Virus record (IMG/VR): IMGVR_UViG_3300030419_002654
Coordinates: 1-55,324 of that record
Source: a virus
Lineage: Duplodnaviria; Caudoviricetes
DNA length: 55,324 nucleotides
Direction: 5' to 3' (one strand)
In this document: in pieces, positions 44,840-55,324 of the stretch
Numbering within the stretch: the stretch's first letter is position 1
How the letters are laid out: every line of letters begins with the position of its first letter
Translations under genes and position numbers: made by a program
The notes under the pieces: model-generated
Told to the model about the DNA's origin: nothing
Seen by the model: only the letters and a program-made list of their open reading frames with translations
Database searches by the model: none

Positions 44840-46329
44840 TGCAAAGTGGAGTAGGAAGTTTTACTAATCTAAGATCATTCATAGGTGTAGTAGAAGATAG
44901 AAATGACCCAAACCAATTAGGTAGAGTTAAGGTCAGAATCTATTCTGTCCACAATGAAGACAGAAGTCAAATACCTACAAGAGATTTGCCATGGGCTATG
45001 GTATTACAGTCAGCAAGTAATCCATCAACAAGTGGTATTGGAATGTCAGGAACAGGTATTGTAGAAGGTACTTGGGTATTTGGTGTCTTTTTAGACGAAG
45101 GCGAATTCCAAAATCCATTAGTGTTAGGTTCTTTACATGGTAAGCCAGACTTAGGACCAAAGAAAGATCAAGGGTTTAATGATCCACGTGGCGTGTATCC
45201 AAAAGATGATGGCGATACACATACACTTGGTGAATCTTCTATATCAAGATTAGCAAGAGGAAGAAAGCATGCAGAGAAGCATGCTGTGTTAATTAGTAAA
45301 AGAGAAGGTAAAGATAAGTTAGGAGATGTTGATATCGCTAAAGGTCCAGCAATGGGCAGTGTTATTGAAAGAGCTGTTAAAAAAATATTTGAAAGAAGAG
45401 ACACATGGACAGAACCTCATCCAAGACAAGGTCAAGGCAGTTTAAAGAAATGGTGGGAAGGAAAAAACAATTATTCTACATATCCATTCTGTCATGTATG
45501 GTATACAGAAAGCGGTCATGCATTAGAAGTAGATGATACTCCTGGTGCAGAAAGATTACATTGGTATCATAGGTCAGGAACATTCCAAGAAATAATAGCT
45601 AGCGGTGATCAGATTGAAAAGGTAATTGGCGATAGCTATGAGATTGATTTAAAGAATAAACATATGTACATTGGTGGAGACTTCACCATCACAGTAGATG
45701 GAGACCATAAAGAATTAGTACATGGAAATAAAATAGTAGAAGTGGATGGAGAATATCTACTCACTGTAAGAAAAGATTATAGTAAAAAGGTCACAGGTAA
45801 TGAACTAAAAGAAATAGGTTCAGATAAGTCAACTCAAATAAACGGAAGTCATAATGAAAGAGTAAGTCAGAACTTTATTAAGACTGTAGTTGGTGCTGCG
45901 ACAGAAAGTATTAAAGGTCCATTTACAAAAACTACAAAAGGCGAAGAGAAGAGAACTAACCTTGCACAGGTGACACAAATACTACCAGACAACTATCAAT
46001 TGATAGGTGCAAATAATTTAACTATTGCAGCTGGTGGTAATTTAACAGTTAAAGCAGATGGCCAATTAAATTTAAGGTCAGAAGGAAATACAGTATCGAC
46101 AGCACAGACAGGAATTACATTTGCTGCTAATACTGGAATTATGGATATAGATGCTCCACAAATAACTATGGATGCTCCAGTCCTAAGTATTGATGGTCCA
46201 GATGGAAACATTACATCTAAAACTGTCACATTGGATACACATACACATGAGATCACTCATAAAGATTCAGGTGATGGCTCATTAAACAACTCAACTAACG
46301 AATCAGCTTCACCGACGGATGGTACATAA
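44839..46329 (+). CDS. gp5: baseplate central spike gp5 (OB fold plus beta-helix, no lysozyme domain evident)
   Basis: GVVEDRNDP..LGRVKVR, LPWA, EGTWV.G.FLD, YP..HV..TESGH..E.DDTPG.ER. Confidence 0.9.
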   Translation: MQSGVGSFTNLRSFIGVVEDRNDPNQLGRVKVRIYSVHNEDRSQIPTRDLPWAMVLQSASNPSTSGIGMSGTGIVEGTWVFGVFLDEGEFQNPLVLGSLHGKPDLGPKKDQGFNDPRGVYPKDDGDTHTLGESSISRLARGRKHAEKHAVLISKREGKDKLGDVDIAKGPAMGSVIERAVKKIFERRDTWTEPHPRQGQGSLKKWWEGKNNYSTYPFCHVWYTESGHALEVDDTPGAERLHWYHRSGTFQEIIASGDQIEKVIGDSYEIDLKNKHMYIGGDFTITVDGDHKELVHGNKIVEVDGEYLLTVRKDYSKKVTGNELKEIGSDKSTQINGSHNERVSQNFIKTVVGAATESIKGPFTKTTKGEEKRTNLAQVTQILPDNYQLIGANNLTIAAGGNLTVKADGQLNLRSEGNTVSTAQTGITFAANTGIMDIDAPQITMDAPVLSIDGPDGNITSKTVTLDTHTHEITHKDSGDGSLNNSTNESASPTDGT

Positions 46330-47627
46330 TGAGTAAAGATTGTGGAATAAGTGAAGGCGCAGCTAAATTAAGTGCTGGCATTGAAAGTGCTAAAGGCGAA
46401 ATAGATAGCCTTATTGGAGATGCTGTTGGCGGAATAGCTGATAGTGCTGTTAATATTAAAGATAAGATATCTGGATTAACAGATGGCATTGGAGCTGACT
46501 TAGAAAGTATGGCACCTGAAATACCAGTACCTGAATTTAAACTTCAAGATCAAATGACTAACCTGTTAAGTAATACAGGTAATCCTGCTGCAATGATTCA
46601 GCAAATGGATGAGATGAAAGAGAAGTTTGGAGATAAAGTTAATCTTGATAAAGTGTTTGATGATATAGGATTAGATTCAAAAGAATTAAATGCTATGAAT
46701 CTTGACTATAAAGATAAGTTAGCAGCTGGAACAAAACTAAAAGAAGAACAAGACAAATTAAATCTCAAAGATAAATTAGCAGGTGGATTAGGTAAAGTAG
46801 GTGAAATAGTAAACAGTGCTAAAGACAGCGAACTACTTGCTCTAGCATCAGGTGATTTAACTGCAGTAGGAAATTTAATAGGTGGTGCAGCTGATAAGTT
46901 ATTTAAAAAGTCACCAACAGATATGTTAGATAATGTTTGTAACCAAGTACCTAATTTAGAAATGGATGCAGCTGGCAAAGTAATAGAAAAAGGAATTCCA
47001 GCATTAGCAGCTACAGTGGATGCAGAAGCAGATGAGGATAGTGTAGATCCAAAGACTGATATTCTACCAGAGATTAAAGACCAAGCATTGGAAATAGCTG
47101 AAAAGATTATGGCTGAACCTAACCCAGACACAGAACCATTTGACTTTGGACCACCAATTGATCAAGAAAAGCTAACAGAAGCAAGTGAACAATATGATGC
47201 TGACCAACAAAAATTAAAAGATCACATGGAAGCTCTTAGAGAATCAAGAATAGAATATGAGAAAAAACTTAGAGTAGCAGCTTTCTTTGGCATGAGATCA
47301 GCAAAGAGTGCACTTAGTTTAGATAAAGAATTTTATCATACAGCGTACACACAATTTATTAACTACTATAAAACTAACATGGAGATTGAATATAATCAAA
47401 AAGATCCAAATGTAGAAAGAAAACTAAGTAGTGATGAATTTAAAGTACGTGACTCAGAATTTACAGCAACACCTCCACCTGATAGAAAGAAACACATAAT
47501 ACCAAAAGACCAATATGAAACATTCTTTGTTAAGGCTCCAAAGCAGACTGAAAACAAACATATACCGCTAAGAGATGAGCTACTAAAAATGAAATGGATC
47601 GAAGTAGCTGGGCTTGAGGAGGCATAA
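46329..47627 (+). CDS. hypothetical structural-region protein
   Basis: 432-aa ORF coupled to gp5. Confidence 0.7.
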   Translation: MSKDCGISEGAAKLSAGIESAKGEIDSLIGDAVGGIADSAVNIKDKISGLTDGIGADLESMAPEIPVPEFKLQDQMTNLLSNTGNPAAMIQQMDEMKEKFGDKVNLDKVFDDIGLDSKELNAMNLDYKDKLAAGTKLKEEQDKLNLKDKLAGGLGKVGEIVNSAKDSELLALASGDLTAVGNLIGGAADKLFKKSPTDMLDNVCNQVPNLEMDAAGKVIEKGIPALAATVDAEADEDSVDPKTDILPEIKDQALEIAEKIMAEPNPDTEPFDFGPPIDQEKLTEASEQYDADQQKLKDHMEALRESRIEYEKKLRVAAFFGMRSAKSALSLDKEFYHTAYTQFINYYKTNMEIEYNQKDPNVERKLSSDEFKVRDSEFTATPPPDRKKHIIPKDQYETFFVKAPKQTENKHIPLRDELLKMKWIEVAGLEEA

Positions 47628-47635
47628 ATAAAAAC

Positions 47636-48016
47636 ATGGCAATTTTTTCTGATTTTAACACATCTTTAACAGCACATCCTATTAATAAGGATCTAGCGCT
47701 TAAATCTGATGTGGAAGCAGTTAAACAGTCTATAAAGAATCTTGTATTAACTGATAAAATGGAAAGACCATTTCAACCAACGATTGGTTGTGATGTTAGA
47801 AAGGCTTTATTTGAAAACTTTACACCACAAACAGTTATGATGGTAAAGTCTTATATAGCAGAAACAATAGAACAATATGAACCTAGATGTAATCTTGTAA
47901 ACATAGAAACATCACCAGATGAGGATAACAACACATTAAACGTAACTGTTATGTTTAGTATAATAAATAGTGAGAGGATAAATCAATTAAACCTCGTTTT
48001 AGAGAGAATAAGATAA
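47636..48016 (+). CDS. gp25: baseplate wedge gp25
   Basis: AVKQSIKNLVLT...ERPFQP.IG, LFE, I..YEPR. Confidence 0.92.
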   Translation: MAIFSDFNTSLTAHPINKDLALKSDVEAVKQSIKNLVLTDKMERPFQPTIGCDVRKALFENFTPQTVMMVKSYIAETIEQYEPRCNLVNIETSPDEDNNTLNVTVMFSIINSERINQLNLVLERIR

Positions 48017-48017
48017 A

Positions 48018-49811
48018 ATGGCAAACAGTGCACTATCAGTAGCAAATACAGACTTCGCAGATATCAAAGGTGAGCTTAAAACTTATCTTGAGTCGCAAAG
48101 TATACTTTCAGACTACAATTTTTCAGGATCCAACTTAAACGTCCTATTGGATGTATTGGCATATAACACATTCATGCAAAATTTTTATTTAAACCAGGTT
48201 GCATCAGAATCATTTTTAGATAGCGCACAACTAAGAGACAGTATAATGTCTCATGCTAAAACTTTAAACTACTTACCAAAGTCTCAAACATCAGCAAGAG
48301 CAGAAGTAGATATAGAAATCTTCCCAGCAAATACACCTGGTACAATTACAATGCCAAAGTACACTACATTTACAACAGCAGTAGATAGTAGCTCATATAC
48401 ATTTACAACAGACGAAGGTAAAACAATTCAAGCAGATGCTAATGGAAGATATTATGCTAATAGTGTTTCAATATATGAGGGAGAAATAGTCACAGAATTA
48501 TTCCAAGTTAATACAGCCAATACAGATCAAAGATTTGTATTAAGCAACCCAGAAATAGATACAAGCAGTTTAGCAGTTAAGATTACTACATCATCTAGTG
48601 ATACATCAAATGCAGAATGGAAGAGCAGTTTAACAACTATTGGTCTTTCTGGAACATCTAATGTATATTATATTGTACCAGCAGAAGGTGGTAAGTACGA
48701 ATTACAATTTGGTGATGGAATATTAGGTAGAGAATTAATTAATGGAAATATTGTTGAGGCTACTTATAGAAAATGTAATGCTAATACAGCAAATGAAGCA
48801 ACAGTATTTACAAACAGTGATGACATTCAAGGACACAGCAATGTTGTAGTGACAACTGTGTCAGCAGCATCAGGTGGAGGATTTGCAGAAAGCAACAACT
48901 CTGTTAAGTTTAATGCACCTAAGTCTTTAGCAATTCAAGACAGAACAGTCACAACAGATGACTATAAAACAATATTAAAACAAGAATTTAATGACATTGA
49001 AGCAATCAATGTGTATGGTGGAGAAGAAGCAAGTCCGCCTGAATTTGGTAAAGTACTAATATCAATCGATTTAAAAAATGCAGACGGTATACCAAATAGT
49101 AAGAAAAAGCTAATAGAAGACTTCGTTTCTTTAAGAGCACCTTTAGGAATAACACCAAAAGTTATTGATCCAACGTTTTTATATGTTGACGTTACAAGCA
49201 AAGTGTTGTATAATCCTAATATCACAACTAAAAGTGACAGCGAGATTGAAACAATAGTTTCAGCTGCAATTAATACACACGCAACAGACACCATAAATGA
49301 TTTTAACTCTAAATTAAGAGTATCTAAATTATCAGCAGCAATTGATGCAGCAGATGCATCAATATTAAACAGTGAGAATAGTATATTGCTACAAAAGAAA
49401 TTTACACCAACATTAAATACTAGTGGTAATCATACGTTAGATTTTGTAAACGAGATTTACAGGGAGTTACCGGACAGTTCGAGTCTGTTCGCGGATGGAT
49501 CCGCACCTGTTTCTTCTTCGTTATTTACATACTCTGGTTTAGGAGGCTGTTCATTAAGAGATAATGGCAATGGTGTATTACAAGTTGTACAACAAGAAAG
49601 CTCAGTGCTAACAGTAGTGAACAACGATATAGGAACAGTCGACTATACTAATGGAAAAGTCACAATTTCAAAATTCTTAGTATCTTCATTTGTTGGTGAT
49701 GCTATTACAGTATCAGTTAATCCAGTATCTAAAACACTAAAATCAAATAAGAATATAATACTATCTTATAACAAAACACCGAGCATAGCGATAGAACAAG
49801 AGAGAATCTAA
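48018..49811 (+). CDS. gp6: baseplate wedge gp6
   Basis: DF..IK..L..YL, DYNFSGS.L.VLLDVLAYNT, E.FLDSAQLR, FGDG.LG, Q.R.VT..DY, YGGE. Confidence 0.95.
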   Translation: MANSALSVANTDFADIKGELKTYLESQSILSDYNFSGSNLNVLLDVLAYNTFMQNFYLNQVASESFLDSAQLRDSIMSHAKTLNYLPKSQTSARAEVDIEIFPANTPGTITMPKYTTFTTAVDSSSYTFTTDEGKTIQADANGRYYANSVSIYEGEIVTELFQVNTANTDQRFVLSNPEIDTSSLAVKITTSSSDTSNAEWKSSLTTIGLSGTSNVYYIVPAEGGKYELQFGDGILGRELINGNIVEATYRKCNANTANEATVFTNSDDIQGHSNVVVTTVSAASGGGFAESNNSVKFNAPKSLAIQDRTVTTDDYKTILKQEFNDIEAINVYGGEEASPPEFGKVLISIDLKNADGIPNSKKKLIEDFVSLRAPLGITPKVIDPTFLYVDVTSKVLYNPNITTKSDSEIETIVSAAINTHATDTINDFNSKLRVSKLSAAIDAADASILNSENSILLQKKFTPTLNTSGNHTLDFVNEIYRELPDSSSLFADGSAPVSSSLFTYSGLGGCSLRDNGNGVLQVVQQESSVLTVVNNDIGTVDYTNGKVTISKFLVSSFVGDAITVSVNPVSKTLKSNKNIILSYNKTPSIAIEQERI

Positions 49812-52800
49812 TGCCGGCAGAGATTAACGATAAGATCTCGATTTTCGTAAAAGATCACTTTCCTCAATTTTATAGAGAAGACGGGCTCATGTTTGAGAAG
49901 TTCGTTGAGGCGTACTATGAGTATCTTGAACAAACTGGCCAGTCATTAGATTATGCAAGAAATCTAATAGAATATCAAGACATTGATCAATCAACAGCTG
50001 CATTTTTAGATCAATTTAAAAAGCTATACCTAGAGCAATTACCAGGATTAATAAAATCAGATGATAGATTAACTATTAAACATATACTTGATTTTTATAG
50101 AGCTAAAGGTAGTGACAGATCAATTCAATTATTATTCAGGATGGTTTTTGATCAAGATGCAAAAACAACAAATCCAGCTGATGACGTTATTAGACCTTCA
50201 ACAAGCGACTTTAGAATACCAAGATATATTGAGGTGTACGCAAGAGACTTAGACACTCTTATAGGATTAGAAGGATCAGAAATTATTGGTGCTACTAGTG
50301 GAGCAAAAGGATTCATAGAAAGCATATCAACTAAGAACATGGGAGGCGTACGAACTCATGTAATTCAATTATCAAATTTAAGAGGAAACTTTTTACGTGG
50401 TGAAATCATTGCTAAGACTTCGGATGGGCTTACGGATAACATGCCAGTGGTTACTGGTTCTCTATCTTCTGTGGACATTACTTTGGGTGGCCAAGATTTT
50501 AGTATCGGGGACACTTTCGATCTAATAGCAGACACTGGTAAGCAAGGACAGGTTAGAGTGACATCTATTGATAACGCTACTGGATTAGTAGAATATCAAT
50601 TTGCAAATGGTGGTTTTGGTTTCTCAACAAATACAAGTTTTACTACAATAAATGTTAACACACAAAACTTAGAAGTCGCTAATGTTGTTAATGCTGCTCA
50701 ATCATATTCAAACACATCTAAAGTAGACAATGCTCAATTCTTAATGAGAGAAAGAGTAGATCAAAAAGTAGAAAAGATAAGTTATCTAAGTGGCTCACAA
50801 ATGAACGAAGACATGGCCATATTAATTAATGCTGGCACAACACCTTATCTAGTTGGTAAAAAATCTGGTGGAACTGTTGTAGCAAATGGATATGTATTAA
50901 GTAGAACTACAGATGGAGCTAATGGAACATTATTCGTTGCTCCATTCACAGGTACATTTGGTGACCAATTAGCATTATCAGCAAACTTAACTGTTAACAC
51001 TCACATATTTGAAGCAGGTGAAGAACTAGATGAAGAAAGCCATGTCACGTTAAACATTACAGGAACAAGTGGTTCATTCTCAGTTGGAGATCATGTTAGA
51101 GGAGATTCAAGCAGTGCTAATGGATTAGTTAAGACAGTTAATTCAACAGTAATGACAGTTAATGGTTCATTTGGTGCTTGGTCAACTGATGACAATGTAC
51201 AAGATATAACTTCTGGTACAGCAAACACTGCAAACGTAACAGGGGTTTCAGTGACAACAACAGGTGCTAATGGTATAATAGGTACGTTTACAAACTCAAG
51301 TGCTAAAGTTTATACATTAAATATGCATGAAATATCAGGTGCTTTTACTAATGGCCAGAAATTAAAAGGTAGAAGATCAAATGCAATAGCATCACTTACT
51401 TCTAGTACAGATACAGGTGCAGCCGATATTTACATACAAGGCAACAATGGATCTAATGCAACAGTTGATACATACAGTAATGCATCAGTACATGCACAAG
51501 TTATTGGATCAAATACAACTAATGTTGGTTTTAGAAATCCATTATTCTCAAATGGAGCAACAGGAACATTCTATGCTAACGCAGCTGCATTTATAAAAGG
51601 GTTTGATTCAAATACATATGCTAATGTTGTATCAGTTGGATCAGGAACTGGATCTACTTTTAAAATAGGAACATTAGAAAACGAAGAATCAATAACAATA
51701 TACACAGACTTTATTTCAGATAACAATACAGCTAACGTAGCATTCCTTGATTGTGTAATAGCTGGACACTTATCAAATACTGCTGGAGGTAATACTGGTG
51801 TAGGTTTTGTAGACACAGTTGATATTAGAAATGCTGGTGCAGGCTCTAGCAACAAATATGCTAATGGTGAAGTAGTAACATTTTCAACAGGTGGAGCAGG
51901 TGGTGGTGCACCAACAACAAATGCAACAGCAAACGTCACAACTAATGCTGATGGTGAAATTATAAGCACAACAGTAATAACAGCAGGTGCAGGTTTCTAT
52001 AGTCAGAATATAGTAGGAACAATAGCAACATCAGCTGGTGCTGATGCAGTACTAACAGCTAATGTAGACTTTGGATATGGATTTATTAAAGATCCAAATG
52101 GAGATTACGACACTATTATTGATAACGTACTAACAAGATATAGTGGAAACATTGGATCAGTTGCAACAATAACAGACATTAACCCAGGTAATAATTATAA
52201 TTTCGATCCATTTGTATCAGTATACACACAAGGTATTGCTAAATTTGATAGAAGAGATATAGTAGTTAATTTAACATCAATGAATGAATCAACACCTGGA
52301 ACATATAAAGATTTTACATTAGGAGAAGTTGTAAACCAGACTGTCACAGAAGGAGGACAAACACTTACTCTTAATACTATTACAGTACAAAATACATCAT
52401 CATCAAGTAATACAACAACAGGAAACACACAACATTTCCCAATTGGAAGTTCGGTAATTCAAGTTAAGAACAGTACTGTTAATGCTATTGGTGATGTTGG
52501 ATCATCTAATAGTACAGTTATTAATATCAAAAACGGCAGGGTTAAGACTACTGCTGCTAATGGTCTAGTAACATTTGTTGTAAATGCTCAACCATTTACA
52601 TCTAACTCGACGATAAATGCCATTTCAATCGGGTCAGCAAATACAGCAAATAATGAAACTAATGTATACAGCACAGTAGCAAGTAATGGTTCAATATCAT
52701 TCTCATCTGTATCAAAAGGAACTGTATACAAATTTAATAATAATGGAGATGGAACAGGTGACGTTGGTATAAGAAGATTATCATTTAGCGTTGGATTTAA

Positions 52801-53296
52801 TGATACTGGATCATTAACTGGTGCTACATCTGGAGCAGGTGGAACAATTGATAGTTTATATCAAGATACTGATACTAGACCAATTGGTGACAACTTCTCA
52901 ATCAATGCTACTGCTAAAGCAGCAAACGGTATTGTGTCAAATGTAGAAGTTATTGATAGTGGTATTGGATACCAACACGGAGCAAATTTAACATTAAGAC
53001 ACACAGGAAATTCTAACATTGTTGTTAGCGGAACAGCAAATGTAACAACTACTGGTCTAGGAAATGGATATTGGGCATCATCAGAGTCTGAATTGAATGC
53101 TAAATATATACACGACAACGATTATTACCAATCTCACTCTTATGTTGTAGAGACTGGGCTTTCTCTTGATAAATATAGAGACATACTATTAAAAGCAGCT
53201 CACGTTTCAGGTACAAGATTGTTTGGTAAAGTAATTAAAGAAAGTACAGTAAACAATGCTGTGACAGTAAGTAATAGCTCAATAGGGGCAGTATAG
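49811..53296 (+). CDS. gp7: baseplate wedge gp7-like (large, with beta-rich insertions)
   Basis: FP.F.RE....F..F..AYYEYLE, FYRAKG...S...LFR, IHDNDYYQ..SY, H.SG..LFG. Confidence 0.8.
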   Translation: MPAEINDKISIFVKDHFPQFYREDGLMFEKFVEAYYEYLEQTGQSLDYARNLIEYQDIDQSTAAFLDQFKKLYLEQLPGLIKSDDRLTIKHILDFYRAKGSDRSIQLLFRMVFDQDAKTTNPADDVIRPSTSDFRIPRYIEVYARDLDTLIGLEGSEIIGATSGAKGFIESISTKNMGGVRTHVIQLSNLRGNFLRGEIIAKTSDGLTDNMPVVTGSLSSVDITLGGQDFSIGDTFDLIADTGKQGQVRVTSIDNATGLVEYQFANGGFGFSTNTSFTTINVNTQNLEVANVVNAAQSYSNTSKVDNAQFLMRERVDQKVEKISYLSGSQMNEDMAILINAGTTPYLVGKKSGGTVVANGYVLSRTTDGANGTLFVAPFTGTFGDQLALSANLTVNTHIFEAGEELDEESHVTLNITGTSGSFSVGDHVRGDSSSANGLVKTVNSTVMTVNGSFGAWSTDDNVQDITSGTANTANVTGVSVTTTGANGIIGTFTNSSAKVYTLNMHEISGAFTNGQKLKGRRSNAIASLTSSTDTGAADIYIQGNNGSNATVDTYSNASVHAQVIGSNTTNVGFRNPLFSNGATGTFYANAAAFIKGFDSNTYANVVSVGSGTGSTFKIGTLENEESITIYTDFISDNNTANVAFLDCVIAGHLSNTAGGNTGVGFVDTVDIRNAGAGSSNKYANGEVVTFSTGGAGGGAPTTNATANVTTNADGEIISTTVITAGAGFYSQNIVGTIATSAGADAVLTANVDFGYGFIKDPNGDYDTIIDNVLTRYSGNIGSVATITDINPGNNYNFDPFVSVYTQGIAKFDRRDIVVNLTSMNESTPGTYKDFTLGEVVNQTVTEGGQTLTLNTITVQNTSSSSNTTTGNTQHFPIGSSVIQVKNSTVNAIGDVGSSNSTVINIKNGRVKTTAANGLVTFVVNAQPFTSNSTINAISIGSANTANNETNVYSTVASNGSISFSSVSKGTVYKFNNNGDGTGDVGIRRLSFSVGFNDTGSLTGATSGAGGTIDSLYQDTDTRPIGDNFSINATAKAANGIVSNVEVIDSGIGYQHGANLTLRHTGNSNIVVSGTANVTTTGLGNGYWASSESELNAKYIHDNDYYQSHSYVVETGLSLDKYRDILLKAAHVSGTRLFGKVIKESTVNNAVTVSNSSIGAV

Positions 53297-53300
53297 GTAA

Positions 53301-55324
53301 ATGGGTAAATTAGTAAAAACAAATCTTAACACTCACAATGCAAAACAATTTGTAGAGTCACTAAATGAGTCAGCGAACTCTCTTTACTATGTCTACTTAG
53401 GTAAACATACAACATTTAGTGATGACAGTACACCACCTACAGCTAACAACTCAGAAGAAGATTCATTCTATCAACAGTATAGAGATATGATTTATGGTAA
53501 GCAGATTACCACAAGTGATATTAAGCACATGGTTAATAAGAACGCATGGGCAAATGGAACAGTTTATACACAATACGATAATACAGAAGGTGCATTAAAA
53601 GATAAAAGTTTCTTTGTATCAGTAGAAGAAGCAAATGGAAACTTTAGTGTATTCAAATGTCTATACAATAATAAAGGTGCTGCATCAACAGATAAACCAA
53701 CTTTAACAGAAACAGCTGCTAATGATGACATTTATATTACAACTGCTGACAAATATCAGTGGAAGTATATGTACGAACTAACAGCAGCACAACACACAAA
53801 ATTTAATACAGCAGATAAAATACCATTAGTTATTGATACAAACGTAACAGGCAATGCAGTAGCCGGCGCTATTGATACAGTATCAGTTGTTAATGGTGGT
53901 ACCAGATATAATTCAGTTGCTAATGGTGTTGTAAAAGATGCTGCAGTAGGTGGTAATAATTTAATAATAGAACTTGAATCATTAGTAAGCGCTAATGTCA
54001 CAATTGCAAATACAACAGCAGCTGGATCAAATACAGCATTAGAAGTAGAAAGAATTGATCTTTGGGGCAAATTTGCAAATGGAGATTTGTATAATAGTAA
54101 TACAGATCCTAACACTTCTAACAGTGTTGCTAATGGTGTTGTAGTTTCAGCTAATAGTACAGTATTAAAAGTTGTTGATATAGCTGGAGATTTATTTGGA
54201 GCTAATTCAACTAACGTAGTAATAAAAGGACAAAGCTCAAAAGTACTAACACAAGTGTCAAGCATTGCATCAGACACTTCATCAATTTCATCAAATACAG
54301 ATTTTTATAAAGGGTCTGCTTTTACTATAGTACATGGTACTGGTAGTGGACAGACAAAAACAATTAGTGAATATATTGTCACTGGATCAGCAAGAAGAGT
54401 ATTAATTGCAAATGCATTCAGCACAACTATCGACACCACATCAAGATTTGAGATTACACCTAAGGTGACTATCACAGGTGATGGTACGGGAGCAGAGGGT
54501 AGAGCAATAGTTAATACAGCAAACTTCTCAGTTGATACAATTGAGGTGACAAACAGAGGGTCAGGTTATACATTCGCAAGTGCTCAAGTGTTGGGGAACA
54601 CAGGAATTGTAGAAAGTAATACAACTGCTCAAGCTAATAATGCAAATGTTGTACCTATTATAGGGCCACCAGGCGGCCATGGTTCTGATCCTATTAACGA
54701 ATTATATGCAGACACTGTTGGGGTATCTGTAGATTTCGTTGATGATGAAGGCGGAAACACTCCGGCACAAAATGATTTTAGAACAGTTGGTATATTAAAA
54801 GATCCACTGTTTGCAAATGTTGTACTAACATTGAACACTACAGCAAGTTCAGCTAATTCAGAAGGTACAGACTTTACAGCAGGAGAATTAATAACTCAAT
54901 CTTCTAATGCAACACATGGTGGCGCTTATGGTATAGTGTCAGCAAGAGCAACAGGAACAATGAATCTAGCAAATGTTTACGGACAATTTTCTACTGGATT
55001 ACAAATTACAGGCAATACATCAGCAAATGCATCAGCAACTGGTAATGTTCACTCAATAAAAACATCAGATAAATCAACATCAAATGCATCAACATTTGAT
55101 CAAAGACTAAGATTAACTGGCTTTGTTAATACATCTAGTGTTGCTTTTACAGCTGATGAAGTAATTAAACAGGATTCTACTGACGCGAATGGTGCTGTTC
55201 ACTTTATAAATACCTCTAGTGGATCGGTAATGTCGATTACTAATAAGAAAGGAAACTTCTTAGCAAGTGACACTGCAAGTGGTACCTACTATTATGTAAG
55301 AGGTCAATCAAGTGGAGCTGTAGG
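53301..55324 (+). CDS. gp8: baseplate wedge gp8-like (runs off the window)
   Basis: MGKLVK...HNAKQFVES, W.NGT.Y..YD, VFKCL.NN.G..ST.KP, D.Y.WKYMY, PPGGHGSD...EL. Confidence 0.85.
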   Translation, partial: MGKLVKTNLNTHNAKQFVESLNESANSLYYVYLGKHTTFSDDSTPPTANNSEEDSFYQQYRDMIYGKQITTSDIKHMVNKNAWANGTVYTQYDNTEGALKDKSFFVSVEEANGNFSVFKCLYNNKGAASTDKPTLTETAANDDIYITTADKYQWKYMYELTAAQHTKFNTADKIPLVIDTNVTGNAVAGAIDTVSVVNGGTRYNSVANGVVKDAAVGGNNLIIELESLVSANVTIANTTAAGSNTALEVERIDLWGKFANGDLYNSNTDPNTSNSVANGVVVSANSTVLKVVDIAGDLFGANSTNVVIKGQSSKVLTQVSSIASDTSSISSNTDFYKGSAFTIVHGTGSGQTKTISEYIVTGSARRVLIANAFSTTIDTTSRFEITPKVTITGDGTGAEGRAIVNTANFSVDTIEVTNRGSGYTFASAQVLGNTGIVESNTTAQANNANVVPIIGPPGGHGSDPINELYADTVGVSVDFVDDEGGNTPAQNDFRTVGILKDPLFANVVLTLNTTASSANSEGTDFTAGELITQSSNATHGGAYGIVSARATGTMNLANVYGQFSTGLQITGNTSANASATGNVHSIKTSDKSTSNASTFDQRLRLTGFVNTSSVAFTADEVIKQDSTDANGAVHFINTSSGSVMSITNKKGNFLASDTASGTYYYVRGQSSGAV

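Overview
About 55 kb of a T4-like (myovirus) phage genome, probably marine and probably infecting a proteobacterium. The host is an inference from the auxiliary genes. The window has five parts. (1) A putative early/origin region with repeats and many sigma70-type promoters. (2) Auxiliary genes: MTase-like protein, bS21, 2OG-Fe(II) oxygenases, denV, peroxiredoxin, Coq4-like, IscU/IscA, glutaredoxin, flavodoxin and glycosyltransferases. (3) A late-promoter-driven curli-like module: holin-like pair, CsgF, CsgG, two curlin-repeat proteins, FecR-domain protein, ACP and CHASE2-adenylate cyclase. (4) T4 core replication genes: rnh, gp33, gp59, gp32. (5) The baseplate/tail cluster: tape measure-like, gp51, 26, 54, 2, 4, 48, 53, 27-like, 5, 25, 6, 7 and 8. 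The most striking observation is a 1,493-nt stretch (1156-2648) with no cytosine on the + strand. It carries four intact genes, promoters and RBSs written only in A/G/T, and it is mirrored by a divergent unit (870-1187) that is almost C-free on the - strand. Other notable points are a likely -1 frameshift fusing gp26 to gp51, apparently leaderless late transcripts, and anti-Shine-Dalgarno-like intergenic motifs. All product calls come from motif recognition by eye, with no database search.
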